Of a stretch of DNA of 64,000 bases, positions 47,461 through 59,957 are shown piece by piece. The position numbers were made by a program, and so were the translations under genes. Position 1 is the first letter of the stretch. Every line of letters starts with the position of its first letter. The notes below the pieces were generated by a model, which ran no database searches, was not told the DNA's origin, and worked only from the letters and a program-made list of their open reading frames with translations. Source of the stretch: Heteronotia binoei (taxonomy: Eukaryota); assembly GCF_032191835.1 (NCBI RefSeq), contig NC_083237.1, forward strand, positions 10,788,001-10,852,000, written 5' to 3'.

Positions 47461-49574
47461 GCCTGGGCAAGTCAGTTCATGGTTGGGCCCCAGATAGTTC
47501 TACCAGCAGAAACAGTGCAAGTTTGGGCTAACAGCATGAGGGCAAATGGCAAGCACACTAAAGATAACCAACCTACATCTCCATCTGGAGGGAATGGAAA
47601 ACTTTGGGGTTTGGAGGCATCACTGGAGGCCCAATGACAGTCTGCATTGGGATACAGCAAAGCTGCATGTGGCAGATATATCAGTGTGCATGTAATGAGG
47701 TCTGCAATACAGCAGTGCTGACATTTGAGCCAGGGTAGGTGTGCAGAGCTCTTTGCGGGCAGAAAGGATGTCATCAGATAGGGTCATCTATGCCAAACAG
47801 TAAAGTGAAGGATAAATGCTTATTACAGATTAGCCATTAAAGAATTCCTAGTTTAACCCATCAATTTGAGTCTTGTTTCCTCATTTCCAAACTGTAGGCA
47901 AGTAATTGTCACAACAAGCACCATGCGCTGAGTTCCCATGATTCCATCTCCCCCCCCCGGGGGGTCTACATCCACGTTTGCACACTTGAAGCTACTGGGA
48001 CTGATTCAAATAGTCATTATTTGTTCTGGTTTCTCAGTTTCACATTTCATGCATTGAGACTGAAACTCCAAATGTGAAGACCTGGTCCTTCCCCCACTAT
48101 ATCTGAAAGAGACACCTGTTCTTTCCATGGTCATGTGGTAGGCCGTACCTAATAAACCAATTCTTACAACTTCCCTTGGGGAACAGAACTCCACATGCCA
48201 GCACATTGTTGGTTTACCTCCTTTATACTGGGATGCCTCAGGGTTTGGAATCTTGAAAAATGGTGCTGGGGGTGACATTAGCTTTTCCTCCCTCATGCCA
48301 TGGTTCTAAGAATGATGAAGCCCCACACTGTTTTTAAAGCAAGATCATTCCTGTGGTAAAATGGCTGTGGCATTCTTGGGCTGACACTGGGGATGCCATT
48401 TTGTCTGCATGTGCCTTAGTTACCATGCTGAGTGGTCTATAGACTAGCCTGAAGACTGTGTTGTCAAAACCTTCAGTGCCAGCTTTCCCTAGCTTGAAAT
48501 ATTGTCAAAAACAAAGCCCACAGTGGAGAACATTCTACTATTGTGGGCCACTTTATAAAACTGACTGTTATGAGAACAGCCAATCCTGTCCTTCACATAG
48601 TGGCTAACCAGATAGCCCTTCAAGGATAGAAGAAAGGCCTCCCTACATTGTTTCCTCCTAGTACTAGCTAACTCCCTTTGAAAATGGAGCTCCCATTTAG
48701 TAATCATGGCTAACAGCTCCTTGAGGACTGATCTTCCATGAACTTTTCTTATCTATCTTTAAAGCCATCTGAGGTAGTCATCCCATCCTGTGGCAGAGAA
48801 TGCCATACAAATTATTACCAATTAAAGGAAGGAGTTGCCTCTTTCTATTGGTAGTGATGGGAAGTGCCAACAATCTATTTCCCATCAACTGAATCCCCCT
48901 GAATTTATTTCCCATCAACTTCATTAAATGCCACCATTGAGTTGGATCCAACTGCCTTTTCTGTGGATGAAGGGGGAAAAAAAGGATAGATGTGCCACTC
49001 ATTGACCACCTAAAAAGCCATAGTGAGGGTCACAGAACCTTCATGGACAAAATACATACAGAATGAGGGCTGTAGTAAGGAGGAGAATTTGGTGAGCCTA
49101 AGAACAAATCCAGTATTTAATCCAGTGTCTACTATTAAGGTGAAGGAGAAAATTTATTGCTATAAATTGCCTATTAAATTGTAATGGACAATCTAATCAG
49201 TTTGTCATAGTGATCAATTTTGGACACCCCACATTTTTTCCCTCAAAAGTTGTCATCATCATCATCATCATCATCATCACCACCACCATCATAATCGTTA
49301 TCATCATCAGCAACAAAAACCCTGTATATAGGGTAACAGCTATGGAAAGCATCTTACACGTTTGTGTATATTGGTCATGGTAGAAAGTGCTGTCAAGTCA
49401 CAGCTAACTTATAGTGACCCTGTAAGATATTCAAGCCAAGAGACATTCAGAGGTGATTGAGTAGCAACAATAGACTTCTTTGATGGTCTTCAATCCAAGT
49501 CCTAACCAAGGTGGACCCTGCTTAGCTTCAGAAAGTTGAAAAGATTGGGTAGCTTGAGCCATCCAGGTTAAGAA

Positions 49575-49790
49575 GATGAAGAAGATGAAGATAGAAGAAG
49601 ATATTAGATTTATATCCCGCCCTCCACTCCGAAGAGTCTCAGAGCAGCTCACAATCTCCTTTACCTTCCTCCCCCACAAAAGTCACCCTGTGAGATGGGT
49701 GGGGCTGGAGAGGGCTCTCACAGCAGCTGCCCTTTCAAGGACAACCTCTGCCAGAGCTATGGCTGACCCAAGGCCATGCTAGCAGGTTAA
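49575..49790 (-). mobile_element. Squam3-like SINE, 5'-truncated
   Basis: Family body and (GAA)n tail. Confidence 0.75.
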
Positions 49791-50467
49791 GACGCATTCT
49801 GCATATTACATGACTCTTATTTGGTGAACATGGAAATTATTGTCACGATCAATGCACCCGCTAAGCTGTGGAGTCCTGTGAGCAAAAATTCTCCTTTGTG
49901 AGCTACTGGCAATAAAGCTGTGAGCAAACAATTTGGCAACTGCATAAATTAGCTGTTCTGGGGCCATTTTTCCTGAGCGAAGATAAAAATGAGTGAGCTG
50001 AAGGCTAAAAAACTGTGAGCTAGCTCACACTAACAGCTTAGAGGGAACACTAGTCACAATCTGTTTTTATGTAGGAGAGTGACAGAAATCTTCTTAAGGA
50101 CCTTCTGGTGGACCTTTATGACTCTATTGTTTACCAGTGGTCTAAAGTAATATCCCATGTAATCTGTTAGTTTTTCACCACAATGTGATGTTCATTCTGA
50201 TCCTATGGTCAACCCAATACATTTTTGCTGCCACAGGTATTTTCTAACCAGGAAGATACATATGTATGTTATATGCTATCTAAAGGGTTTTGCTCTTGTA
50301 CTGAATATTAATACCTTAGATTTTACTGCATTAATAACCAGACCTTTGCGCTTGAAGTAATTATCAATTTTTTAATCAAATTGCGAGTCCTGCAACTGAT
50401 CTGGACATTATCACTGTATTGTCTGCATGCAAGAGGAATGGAATTTTGTGTTTAGACACATATGGGA

Positions 50468-50511
<44 letters not shown>
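50468..50511. repeat. (GAT)n microsatellite
   Basis: Directly visible. Confidence 0.9.
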
Positions 50512-50512
<1 letters not shown>

Positions 50513-50584
50513 TTGATTGATTAAATTTATGAATCTCCTCATCTCGGTTGATGCCTGGATTGAAATCATTCCTGAGGAGACAAG

Positions 50585-50850
50585 GGGCGATTTCCCACAC
50601 AGCTTACCGAGGAGCGAAGTCCTCCTCACCACGCAGCGTCTGCTCGGATTTCCCACCAACTGCTCCGCGGATTCAGGAAGTGCCGCACCTTTTGTGTTGC
50701 TAATGTAAACTAGGGTTTTAGCGATTTCCATTTGAGACGCAAAAGGTGCGGCACTTCCTGAATCCGCAGAGCAGTTGGTGGGAAATCCGAGCGGACGCTG
50801 CGCGGTGAGGAGGGACTTCGCTCCTCGGTAAGCTGTGTATGAAATCGCCC
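50585..50850. mobile_element. PIF/Harbinger-type MITE hairpin (266 bp), related to 42570-42856
   Basis: GGGCGATTTC...GAAATCGCCC termini; 3-bp TSD AAG; internal arms similar to the 42570 element. Confidence 0.88.
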
Positions 50851-51405
50851 AAGGTCTGAGATAATTTATATATAAATTAAACAAGAATGCAACCCTGTTT
50901 AACACCTTTGTCTAACTGCCCTGCACTTGACCTGGGCAGATTGGCATCTGTATAGCTGTTTTATTAAATATAAGAGACAATGTTCAATGCCATAATTTTT
51001 CCCATAACCTGGGCCCAGAAATTGTGTCAAATGCTGATTTAAGATCCACAAAGGTTGCTCCTGGTATGCCTTTGCCATATTTATCAACTAAATATTGTAT
51101 ATGTATATTTATCAACTAAATATTGAAGGATATGACAGATGTCAGATAATAAAAAAGCGTCATATGCAAATAGAATATTATGATGTTCACTCAAAGCTGA
51201 AACTATTATGCTTATGGTTATGGAGAGTCCTATATTTTTAATGAGCTGAGGGCCAGTTTAAATTAGTCCTTTATTTGAAATGATGGAAAGGGCTAACAAG
51301 ATACCTAATGGTACAAGGGCACAAGTGATTTGGTTATTATCAGATACAAATGATTATGTTACTCTTTCTGTGGCAAAATTTGTAGGGACAATAATCAAAC
51401 TTTGG

Positions 51406-51622
51406 GGATGGGATGGTGGCTCAGTGGTAGAGCATCTGCTTGGGAAGCAGAAGGTCCCAGGTTCAATCCCTGGCATCTCCAAAAAAAGGGTCCAGGCAAA
51501 TAGGTGTGAAAAACCTCTGCTTGAGACCCTGGAGAGCCGCTGCCAGTCTGAGAAGACAATACTGACTTGGATGGACCGAGGGACTGATACAGTATAAGGC
51601 AGCTTCATATGTTCATATGTTC
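51406..51622 (+). mobile_element. Squam2-like tRNA SINE with a CR1-like 3' tail
   Basis: GGCTCAGTGGTAGAGCA...GGTTCAATCCC head; tail GGATGGACC...GGCAGCTTCATATGTTCATATGTTC resembles the CR1 tail unit. Confidence 0.75.
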
Positions 51623-51754
51623 AAACAGCAAAAGAAGAATATTAAGTGAGGCATTATTTTATTTTACTTTTTCATTTCTTGCTTAAAGCTATAGCAGAAT
51701 GAGCAGCAATTGATGATGAGGAGGAGAAGGATGATGGGAAGGATGATGAGGATG

Positions 51755-52247
51755 NNNNNNNNNNNNNNNNNNNNNNNNNNNNNNNNNNNNNNNNNNNNNN
51801 NNNNNNNNNNNNNNNNNNNNNNNNNNNNNNNNNNNNNNNNNNNNNNNNNNNNNNNNNNNNNNNNNNNNNNNNNNNNNNNNNNNNNNNNNNNNNNNNNNNN
51901 NNNNNNNNNNNNNNNNNNNNNNNNNNNNNNNNNNNNNNNNNNNNNNNNNNNNNNNNNNNNNNNNNNNNNNNNNNNNNNNNNNNNNNNNNNNNNNNNNNNN
52001 NNNNNNNNNNNNNNNNNNNNNNNNNNNNNNNNNNNNNNNNNNNNNNNNNNNNNNNNNNNNNNNNNNNNNNNNNNNNNNNNNNNNNNNNNNNNNNNNNNNN
52101 NNNNNNNNNNNNNNNNNNNNNNNNNNNNNNNNNNNNNNNNNNNNNNNNNNNNNNNNNNNNNNNNNNNNNNNNNNNNNNNNNNNNNNNNNNNNNNNNNNNN
52201 NNNNNNNNNNNNNNNNNNNNNNNNNNNNNNNNNNNNNNNNNNNNNNN
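51755..52247. other. Assembly gap (N run)
   Basis: Run of N. Confidence 1.
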
Positions 52248-54064
52248 GCCCTTGGTCCCAATGCACCAGCTTCTCAACTAGGTGTGATTCTTAACCTTTC
52301 TGAACCAAAACCAAACTCCTGCTGTGCATTTTTTGTGTATGTGTGCAGCCAGGAATCATGTTTCTGCTTTCATGTCTCCACAGTACACTAAGACTTTTCT
52401 CTCTCTCTCTCTCTCTCTCAAGGGAGCTTCCAAATGTATTCAGTGGTGACTACTGAAAGATCCAGGTGTCAAAATTCTGAGAAATACTCAAACTAACATA
52501 TCTCAGAGTTGGCAGTTAGATAGAAATGATCAACGGCCATTCAGAAATGTGCCAAGGAGGAGTTTATTTGGGGGAATTGTTCAAACCACTGTGTGAAAAG
52601 GTGATGATAAAACTTCAAAAGATCTTTTCCAAGAAACTGTTTCAAGTTCCATGATGACTAACTTGTTTCTGGTCACAATGAATGAAACAGAGTTTGTTCT
52701 CTTTGAACTTTTACCTTAGGAGCAGAAAACCAAGTTGGTAATTATGTTTTATCCCCCAGAGAGATCATTAAACTTCACTGCCTTTAAGAATAATGAATGT
52801 TTACTTCAAATAAGTTGGTAAAGAGCAAATAATAATTGAAAATTAAGTATAATGATATTGTTTTCATTTTATACTCTCCTTGGCTTTCCCAGCTCTTCTA
52901 ACAACAAAGGTCAATCAGTTGCCCATCTTTATCTCATCACAATGTTCACCTTGTCTTCTGACATTCAAGCTTCCATCCATCCTTCCTCTGCGTTTTGTAA
53001 TATACTGTTACCCATTTCAAAAACACGGCAGAATAAATAGATAAAATTAAAATTTCATTATTTCTGCTTCTTCCTTCCACAATTCATCTTTATAAGAACA
53101 TATGAATAGCTGTTTGGGGACAGAGCCAAGACTCGTTGGCCTACCATCCTCATTCCAACAATGGTCTGTGAGATGCTTCCAGAGTCGTTGATTCTGTCTT
53201 CTGTCATCATCTACCCTGAGCCCACTGAATGTGTGTGTGTGTGGAATAAAAATCTAAATAAAATAAAATAAAATCTACAAGTGAAGGCAGCATTCCTCCC
53301 CTCCAGTGTTTGACCCTAATACCTGGAATTCAGTTACCTGCTGCCTCTGCAGGTTCCAGATATCTATCAGGATTAATTGTCACTGATAGACCTCTGAACT
53401 TCCATAGATTCAGTGAAGTCTGACTTAAAACCACATAAACCACATCTTGTGGAAATTAATCCTATGCATTAATTGTGCACTGTGTGAATTACTTCATTTT
53501 GTTTGTCCTAAATCTATGGTCTTTCAACTTCACACGTGATGTTTAATTCTGGGATTACTGGAGGGGGAGGGGAGGGAACCAATGGTTAGTGACAGATGAA
53601 TTAGTATTGGGGAGCCCCAGATTCAAATTCCCATTTTCCTTGAAACTTACTGGGTTACTTAGGGCCAGCCATTTTATCTCGGCCTTCTCACACAGTTGTT
53701 GCGCTAATAAAATGGAGGAACAATGTATGCCACCCTGAGCTTCCAGGAGGATTGAATGAATAACATGCCATCAAGTAGCAACTGATTTATGGCAAACTCA
53801 CCCTCAGGCTGTTCAAGGCAAGAGATGAGCAGAGTAGGGTTGCCAATTCCGAGGTGGGAGCAGGGGATCCCCAGGTTTGGAGGCCCTCCCCCTGTTGCAG
53901 GGTCACAAGAAAGTGTGTGTGGGGGAGGAAATGTCTGCTGCACACTTTATTATTCTCTGTGGAGTCCAATTCTCTGCACTGTACGCCCAACAACTTCTAA
54001 TTTAGACCCTTGCCCCTTCTGGGTAATTAAAGCTTGCCAGAGGGAGCTTAGATGGCCTATACGG

Positions 54065-54199
54065 CAGGGTGGCCAATGGTAGCTCTCCAGATGCTTTTTG
54101 CTGACAACTCCCATCAACCCCAGCCAGCATGGCTGATGGCTGGGGCTGATGGGAGTTGTAGGCAAAAAACATCTGTAGAGCTACTGTTGGCCACCCCTG
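54065..54199. mobile_element. 135-bp hAT MITE, same family as 46927-47061
   Basis: CAGGGTGGCCAA...TTGGCCACCCCTG; TSD CTATACGG / CTATATGG. Confidence 0.87.
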
Positions 54200-54224
54200 C
54201 TATATGGGGCATTGCAGGGGCTTT

Positions 54225-54478
54225 TTCCAACGCCTCTTAAAGAGGCTGTGGTCCATCTCCTCTTGAAAAAAGCTCAGATCCGGCCAAATTGGCAAACTAC
54301 TGGTCAGTCTCGAACTTACCCTTTTTGGGAAAAATTATTGAGAGGGCAGTAGTGCTACAATTACAGAGTTTTCTGGATGACACTTCCATTTTAGACACTC
54401 ACCAATCCGGCTTTTGCCCAGGTCATGGGATGGAGACAGTGCTGGTTGCCCTGGTGGATGACCTCCAGCAGCATCTCC
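54225..54478 (+). mobile_element. L2-clade RT fragment
   Basis: NY(W)SVSNLPFLGKIIERAV...QSGFCPGHGMETVLVALVDDL. Confidence 0.8.
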
Positions 54479-54670
54479 AACAGATACCCTGTGAGGTGAG
54501 TGGGGCTGGAGAGGGCTCTCACAGCAGCTGCCCTTTCAAGGACAACCTCTGTCAGAGCTATGGCTGACCCAAGGCCATGCTAGCAGGTGCAAGTGGAGGA
54601 GTGGGGAATCAAACCCGGTTCTCCCAGATAAGAGTCCGCACACTTAACCACTGCACCAAACTGGCTTTCC
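54478..54670 (-). mobile_element. Squam3-like SINE, 3'-truncated
   Basis: Head and body match the family. Confidence 0.75.
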
Positions 54671-54937
54671 AATAAGAATACACTGTCCTTTAGTAGAGAC
54701 TCAATGCATAGAGATGAGCAGACACAATTTTTCTTGGCATGGGGGTAAAGATAGGGACAGCTAGAGGGACCAGTTGAAAATCCGGCAACCATAATGGCTG
54801 GTCCTATGCACAGACTTAAATGTTGAAAAGGGAACTCTAAACAGTGCATGGGTGCTAATTGACAATCCAATTGAATCACGGTTGATATAGACGTTCTTAG
54901 TGATTAACCCCTTTCAAAAATTGGTGAACCATATTTG

Positions 54938-54939
<2 letters not shown>

Positions 54940-54982
<43 letters not shown>
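54940..54982. repeat. (AAT)n microsatellite next to a LINE/SINE 3' tail
   Basis: About 14 AAT units, directly visible. Confidence 0.9.
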
Positions 54983-54984
<2 letters not shown>

Positions 54985-55639
54985 TTATATCCCGCCCTCC
55001 CCGCCGAAGCAGGCTCAGGGCGGCTCACATAGCATAACATAAATGTTATGGTGGAAATTGCCATCAAGTTTCACCCAATTTATGGCAGCCTCTTAGGGCT
55101 TTCAAGGCAAGAAACATTCAGAGGTGGTTTTTCCTTTCCTGCCTCTGCATAGTGACACTGGACACCGTCAACCAAAAGCAACCTGATGCAGGATAGGAGA
55201 GCCCCAGGCAAGCGAGGCCTGCTTGGACTGGCTAGAGATCCATGTGTGAGTCAAAAGACCAGCAAGCCACCCTCTGCCCAAAATCACATAAGAAGTGGAG
55301 AAAGGGTGGTGCTGGCTTCTTCAGGGGTTAATGAGGGCTACTGGGAGTGTGGCAAAGCCCCTGGTGGCTGGATGGATGGCCGCCCGCTCTCCTAATCCAG
55401 GGATTGTTATGCAGCTGCACCTCCTATTCAATGGACAAGGTAGGAGGGGGGGAAGAGGGGGAACCCTCAGAAAGGTTCAGGAGCTGTGCTCCTGTGAGCT
55501 CCTGCTGAATCTGAGGCCTGCTCCCATCCAAATACTAACCAAAGCTGACCCTGCTTAACCTTCTAAAATCTAACAGGATTGGGCTAGTTTGGCCATCCAG
55601 GTCAAGGCAAACAAATGTTAGCTTCTGTAACATTTTCAG

Positions 55640-56085
55640 AGGTAGACTGAGGCGGGTAGGCATGTTGGATTGAAGCAGCAGAACAAAGTTTGAATCCAGT
55701 GGCACCATTAAGACCAACAAAGTTTTCTTCAAGGTATAATCTTCCATGTGCACACAGTTCTTCAGATAGAGTGTGCATGCACACAAAAGGGAGGGACGGT
55801 GGCTCAGTGGTAGAGCATCTGCTTGGTAAGCTGAAGGTCCCAGGTTCAATCCACGGCATCTCCAACTAAAAAGGGTCCAGGCAAGGAGGCTTGAAAAACC
55901 TCAGCTTGAGACCCTGAAGAACCACTGCCAGTCTGAGTAGACAGTATTGACTTTGATGGACCCAGGGTCTGATTCAGGAGAAGGCAGCTTCATATGTTCA
56001 TATGTTCACATATGTTCAAAAGCTTATAACTTGAATAAAACTTTGCTGGTCTTAAAGATGCCGCTGGACTCAAATTTTCATTGGC
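55640..56085. repeat. Inverted pair of TCCAGTGGCACC...AAGACCAACAAAG repeats (possibly Penelope-like terminal-repeat remnants); similar pieces near 31160-31310, 34140-34260 and 63820-63870
   Basis: 55680-55745 is the approximate reverse complement of 56020-56080. The family assignment is from recall only. Confidence 0.45.
55791..56015 (+). mobile_element. Squam2-like tRNA SINE; a head-only relic also lies at about 28255-28340
   Basis: Same head, body and (CATATGTT)n tail as 51406-51622. Confidence 0.75.
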
Positions 56086-56574
56086 AACACATGTAGACTG
56101 TGTAACATAGGAATGCCACCTCATTTATTAATTTAACGCTTTTTTCCCCCCAAGGCAATTAATTTTTAACCTTTTTTTGCCAGCCTCAGAGATCAGTGCA
56201 TTCAATAACTTGCAAGAGGAAGTCAACGTAAAAGTCACACACCCCCGCCATGCGCATGACTCTCTTTGGTTTCCTGTGTGTCAAAAACATCTGGCAGCCA
56301 GGCCAACACTTGAAAGCAGAGACCAAGAAATGAAAAGACAGTTTTTAGTAGTTCTTTGCAAATTAGTTTTAAAAGAAAAAAAAAAGAAGAACAATTGTGG
56401 GGAAGCATGGGGAAGCATTTCTTTTTTATAATGTTTGTTTGGCTGTGTTATCTGAAGGCCACCATTTTGTAACCAGGGTATGTGTGTTAAGGGTTAAATG
56501 GTGTGTCTAGGTCACTTTTCCATCAAAGTTTCCAGGAGAAGGGTAGGCTGCAAATAAAAGAGACAGATGAGAGA

Positions 56575-56775
56575 AAGGGGGGTTGCCAGCCTCCAGGTGG
56601 GGCCTGGAGATCTCCTGCTTTTACAACTGACCTCCAGCTGGCAGAGATCAGCTCCCCTGGAGAAAATGGCTGCTTTGGAGGGTGGACTGTATGGCATCGC
56701 ACCATGCTGAGACCTCTCCCTTCCCCAAAACCCACACTCTCCAGGCATTTTCCAACGCAGACCTGGCAACCCTGA
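56575..56775. mobile_element. MITE of the AGGGTTGCCA...TGGCAACCCT family; related copies near 45525-45720, 5290-5510 and 23255-23480
   Basis: Terminal inverted repeats plus the shared core CAGTTCCCCTGGAGAAAATGGCTGCTTTGGAGGGTGG. TSD not resolved. Confidence 0.65.
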
Positions 56776-56914
56776 GAGACATGTAGGGAAACCCATATTG
56801 AAATTCTTAGATGCCCTTGAACAATATACCACATTACACTGGCACTTGTACTTGGAAAAGCACACACCCTGACACACACAATCTGAAAAGTCTAAATCCT
56901 GGGAGGGCTAAAAA

Positions 56915-57868
56915 GAGAAGAAGAAGAAGAAGATATTGGATTTATATCCCGCCCTCCACTCCGAAGAGTCTCAGAGCGGCTCACAATCTCCTTTCCCTTC
57001 CTCCCCTACAACAGACACCCTGTGAGGTAGATGAAGATATTGGATTTATATCCCGCCCTCCACTCCGAAGAGTCTCAGAGCGGCTCACAATCTCCTTTAC
57101 CTTCCTCCCCCCCAACAGACACCCTGTGAGGTAGATGAAGATATTGGATTTATATCCCACCCTCCACTCCAAAGAGTCTCAGAGCGGCTCACAATCTCCT
57201 TTACCTTCCTCCCCCCCCCAGTAGACACCCTGTGAGGTAGATGAAGATATTGGATTTATATCCCGCCCTCCACTCCAAAGAGTCTCAAAGCAGCTCACAA
57301 TCTCCTTTATCTTCCTCCCCCACAACAGACACCCTGTGAGGTGGGTGGGGCTGGAGAGGGCTCTCACAGCAGCTGCCCTTTCAAGGACAACCAAAATCAA
57401 GGCATGGGATTTGAGGTGGAATATAGAATAAATGTTTATTAGGATTGTCAGTCATTTATAACATCCTGGAAACCAATAAAACTATTTCTTTACNNNNNNN
57501 NNNNNNNNNNNNNNNNNNNNNNNNNNNNNNNNNNNNNNNNNNNNNNNNNNNNNNNNNNNNNNNNNNNNNNNNNNNNNNNNNNNNNNNNNNNNNNNNNNNN
57601 NNNNNNNNNNNNNNNNNNNNNNNNNNNCACCCTCCACTCTGAAGTGTCTCAGAGCGGTTTACAATCTCCTTTCCCTTCCTCCCCCACAACAGACACCCTG
57701 TGAGGTGGGTGGGGCTGGAGAGGGCTCTCACAGCAGCTGCCCTTTCAAGGACAACCTCTGCCAGGGCTATGGGTGACCCAAGGCCATGCTAGCAGGTGCA
57801 AGTGGAGGAGTGAGGAATCAAACCGGTTCTCCCAGATAAGAGTCCACACACTTAACCACCACACCAAG
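56915..57868 (-). repeat. Squam3-like SINE complex with tandem reiteration of its last about 104 bp
   Basis: AGATATTGGATTTATATCCC recurs at 56931, 57035, 57139 and 57245. A further SINE copy lies at 57628-57868 beyond a gap. Confidence 0.85.
57494..57627. other. Assembly gap (N run)
   Basis: Run of N. Confidence 1.
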
Positions 57869-58154
57869 ACAGAGGTAATAAAAATGACCAAGAAAACATT
57901 ATTTTATGAACCAAATAAAAGTGATTTATTTGACTGACCCCTGCTTCTTCTTTACAGTGAGGCAGATTTCCCTGCCAATATGTTGTCCCCCACTCTGACT
58001 GAGTAGCCCCTCAGCAGGCTATGTTAATAAAATAACTATAACTTCCTGTGTGTACCACCTTGTGATAGAGAATTTATTTGGCATTTCTCAGGGCCAGAGA
58101 TTTATTGGAGCTAAGCAGGAGCCCTCTTGTAATTCCCTTGTAATTGGGTGTTAT

Positions 58155-58512
58155 GTTCGCGCTGTGGTGCTGGAGAAGAACCTTGAGAATCCCTTGGACT
58201 GCAAGAAGATCAAATCAGTCAGTCCTAAGGGAAATCAACCCTGGGAGGTCAGATGCTGAAGCTGAATCCCAAATTCTTTGGCCACCCAATGAGAAGGGAG
58301 CACTCCCTGGAGAAGATCCTGATGCTGGGAAGCACAGAAGGCAAAAGAAGAAGGGGAGGGCAAAAGATGAGATGGCTGGACAGTGTTACTGATGTAACTA
58401 ACACAAATTTGAGCAGACTTCAGAGGATGGTGGAAGACAGGAGGGCCTGACGTGGCTTTGTTCATGGGGTCACAAGGGGTTGGACACGACTGGAACTGAA
58501 AAGCAACAAAAA
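58155..58512 (+). mobile_element. RTE/BovB LINE 3' end
   Basis: LWCWRRTLRIPWTARRSNQSVLREINP; LKLNPKFFGHPMRREHSLEKILMLG..EGKRRRGGQKMRWLD; (CAA)-like tail. Confidence 0.88.
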
Positions 58513-58513
58513 C

Positions 58514-58708
58514 AATGTTCCCTCTAAACTGCAGAGTCATGTGAGCAAAAATTCTGCTTTGTGAGCTACTGGCATTAAAGTTGTGAGCTACTGCATAAAT
58601 TAGTGTGCTTGGGAGTCATTCTTCCTGAGCTAAGACAAAAATGCGTGAGCTGGAGTCTAACAATCTGTGAGCTAGCTCACACTAACTCAGGTCAGAGGGA
58701 ACACTATT
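58514..58708. mobile_element. MITE of the TGTTCCCTCTA...AGAGGGAACAC family; related copies near 34345-34520 and 49850-50055
   Basis: Inverted termini and shared internal GTGAGCTA motifs in three places. Confidence 0.65.
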
Positions 58709-59001
58709 AGTGCGGTGTCTTCAATCAAGTGTGATGATTAGTCTACAAGCAGCAAGAACCAGTTTTCATCCCCACTATGGTTGCCAACAGGTCCGGGGGG
58801 TGGAGGTGGGAATGTCCTTTCCCCTTTAATAGACTCTTAATATGTGGAAATGGGCAAGTGAAGTTGAGGTGAAATATTACCTCAGGCTATTTTCCCCCCC
58901 TCCAAGCAGTTGGCAGCCCTACTCCTCACTTGGCTATGTTACTCAGTGGGTGACTTTAAGCTTGTCATATATTTTAGTCTAATCTCTCTTTTAGTCTAAC
59001 C

Positions 59002-59611
59002 CAGGGGTGTCAAACATGTGGCCCATGGGCCAAATTAGGCCCCTGGAGTGCTACTATAAGGCCCCCGAACAACTGGCCGCCATCTGCTTCCTTCTCCCTC
59101 TCTCGCTTCCCTCTGCATCAAATTTTGCTTTGCAAGGCTTGCTCAATTGAACAGGAGCTACGGAGCAAAACCTCTGTTTTCTCCATTGCTCAATTGAACA
59201 GGAGCTACAGAGCAAAACCTCTGTTTTCTCCATTGGCTGAGGTTCCTCCCTTGGAGAGGAAGAGGGGGCAGCAGAGCTTGTTTTTCCAGGCTCTTTCAAT
59301 CACACAACAGAACTACTGAGCCAAGCCTCTCTTCCTTCCCTCTCCTGGTTCCCTGGGAAAGGAAGGAAAGAGCCAGAGCTTCCTTTGCCCAGTTCCCTGG
59401 ATCCCATGGGAGATACAAAGAAAGCATCTTTAATACCAACAAGTGCTAATGTTTTAAAGCATTATTAAGTTTGTATCTCTGCTACCTAATCTTAAATAGG
59501 TATACACACGGCCTGCCCCGATGTGGCTCGACCCAGCCTAACATGGCCTGGCCCAACAAGGTCACATTATTTCAGATCTGGCCCTCATAACAAATGAGTT
59601 CGACACCCCTG
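59002..59611. mobile_element. Non-autonomous hAT element of the same family as 29475-30452, without the nested insert
   Basis: CAGGGGTGTCAAAC...GTTCGACACCCCTG; 8-bp TSD GTCTAACC. Confidence 0.9.
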
Positions 59612-59957
59612 GTCTAACCTATCAAACCTGCTCACTCTGAGGACAAAATTAAGGTGACCTTGATGAACAATAGTTTGCTACAGTACAAGGCAACTTCATG
59701 TGTGTTCATGTATGTATCTTCTGATTGGGCCATCTTAGGCAAGTTAGTTGTACTGCTGCACCACAAAGGTTTGGGCATGGGACCTCTGTCCCCCTTTTGG
59801 GCCATATCTAGGGCAACTACCTTGTTCACGGACCCCCTCCCCCTGGTGCACCTTGATGGGCTTTGTGGAGAATTTATTTATTTATTAAAACATTTATACT
59901 CCAGCTTTCTTAGAGGTTCAGAGTGGCTTACAATAATAGGGGTTTTTTTAAGTCTAC

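Larger units (their letters stand above)
50340..51110 (-). mobile_element. Old LINE RT fragment, clade uncertain, interrupted by a MITE and a (GAT)n microsatellite
   Basis: Minus strand gives FVDLKSAFDT, KGVKQGC, LFNLYINYL and IPFLLHADNTVI. Confidence 0.7.

Noticed and set aside
51406-51480. tRNA gene (also 55791-55865, 28255-28340, 3143-3215, 4085-4165)
   Set aside because: The A and B boxes continue into shared SINE bodies and tails, and I see no complete cloverleaf. These are SINE heads.
51664-52294. Long ORFs across N runs (also 9317-9555 and 57445-57731)
   Set aside because: Artefacts of translating assembly gaps.
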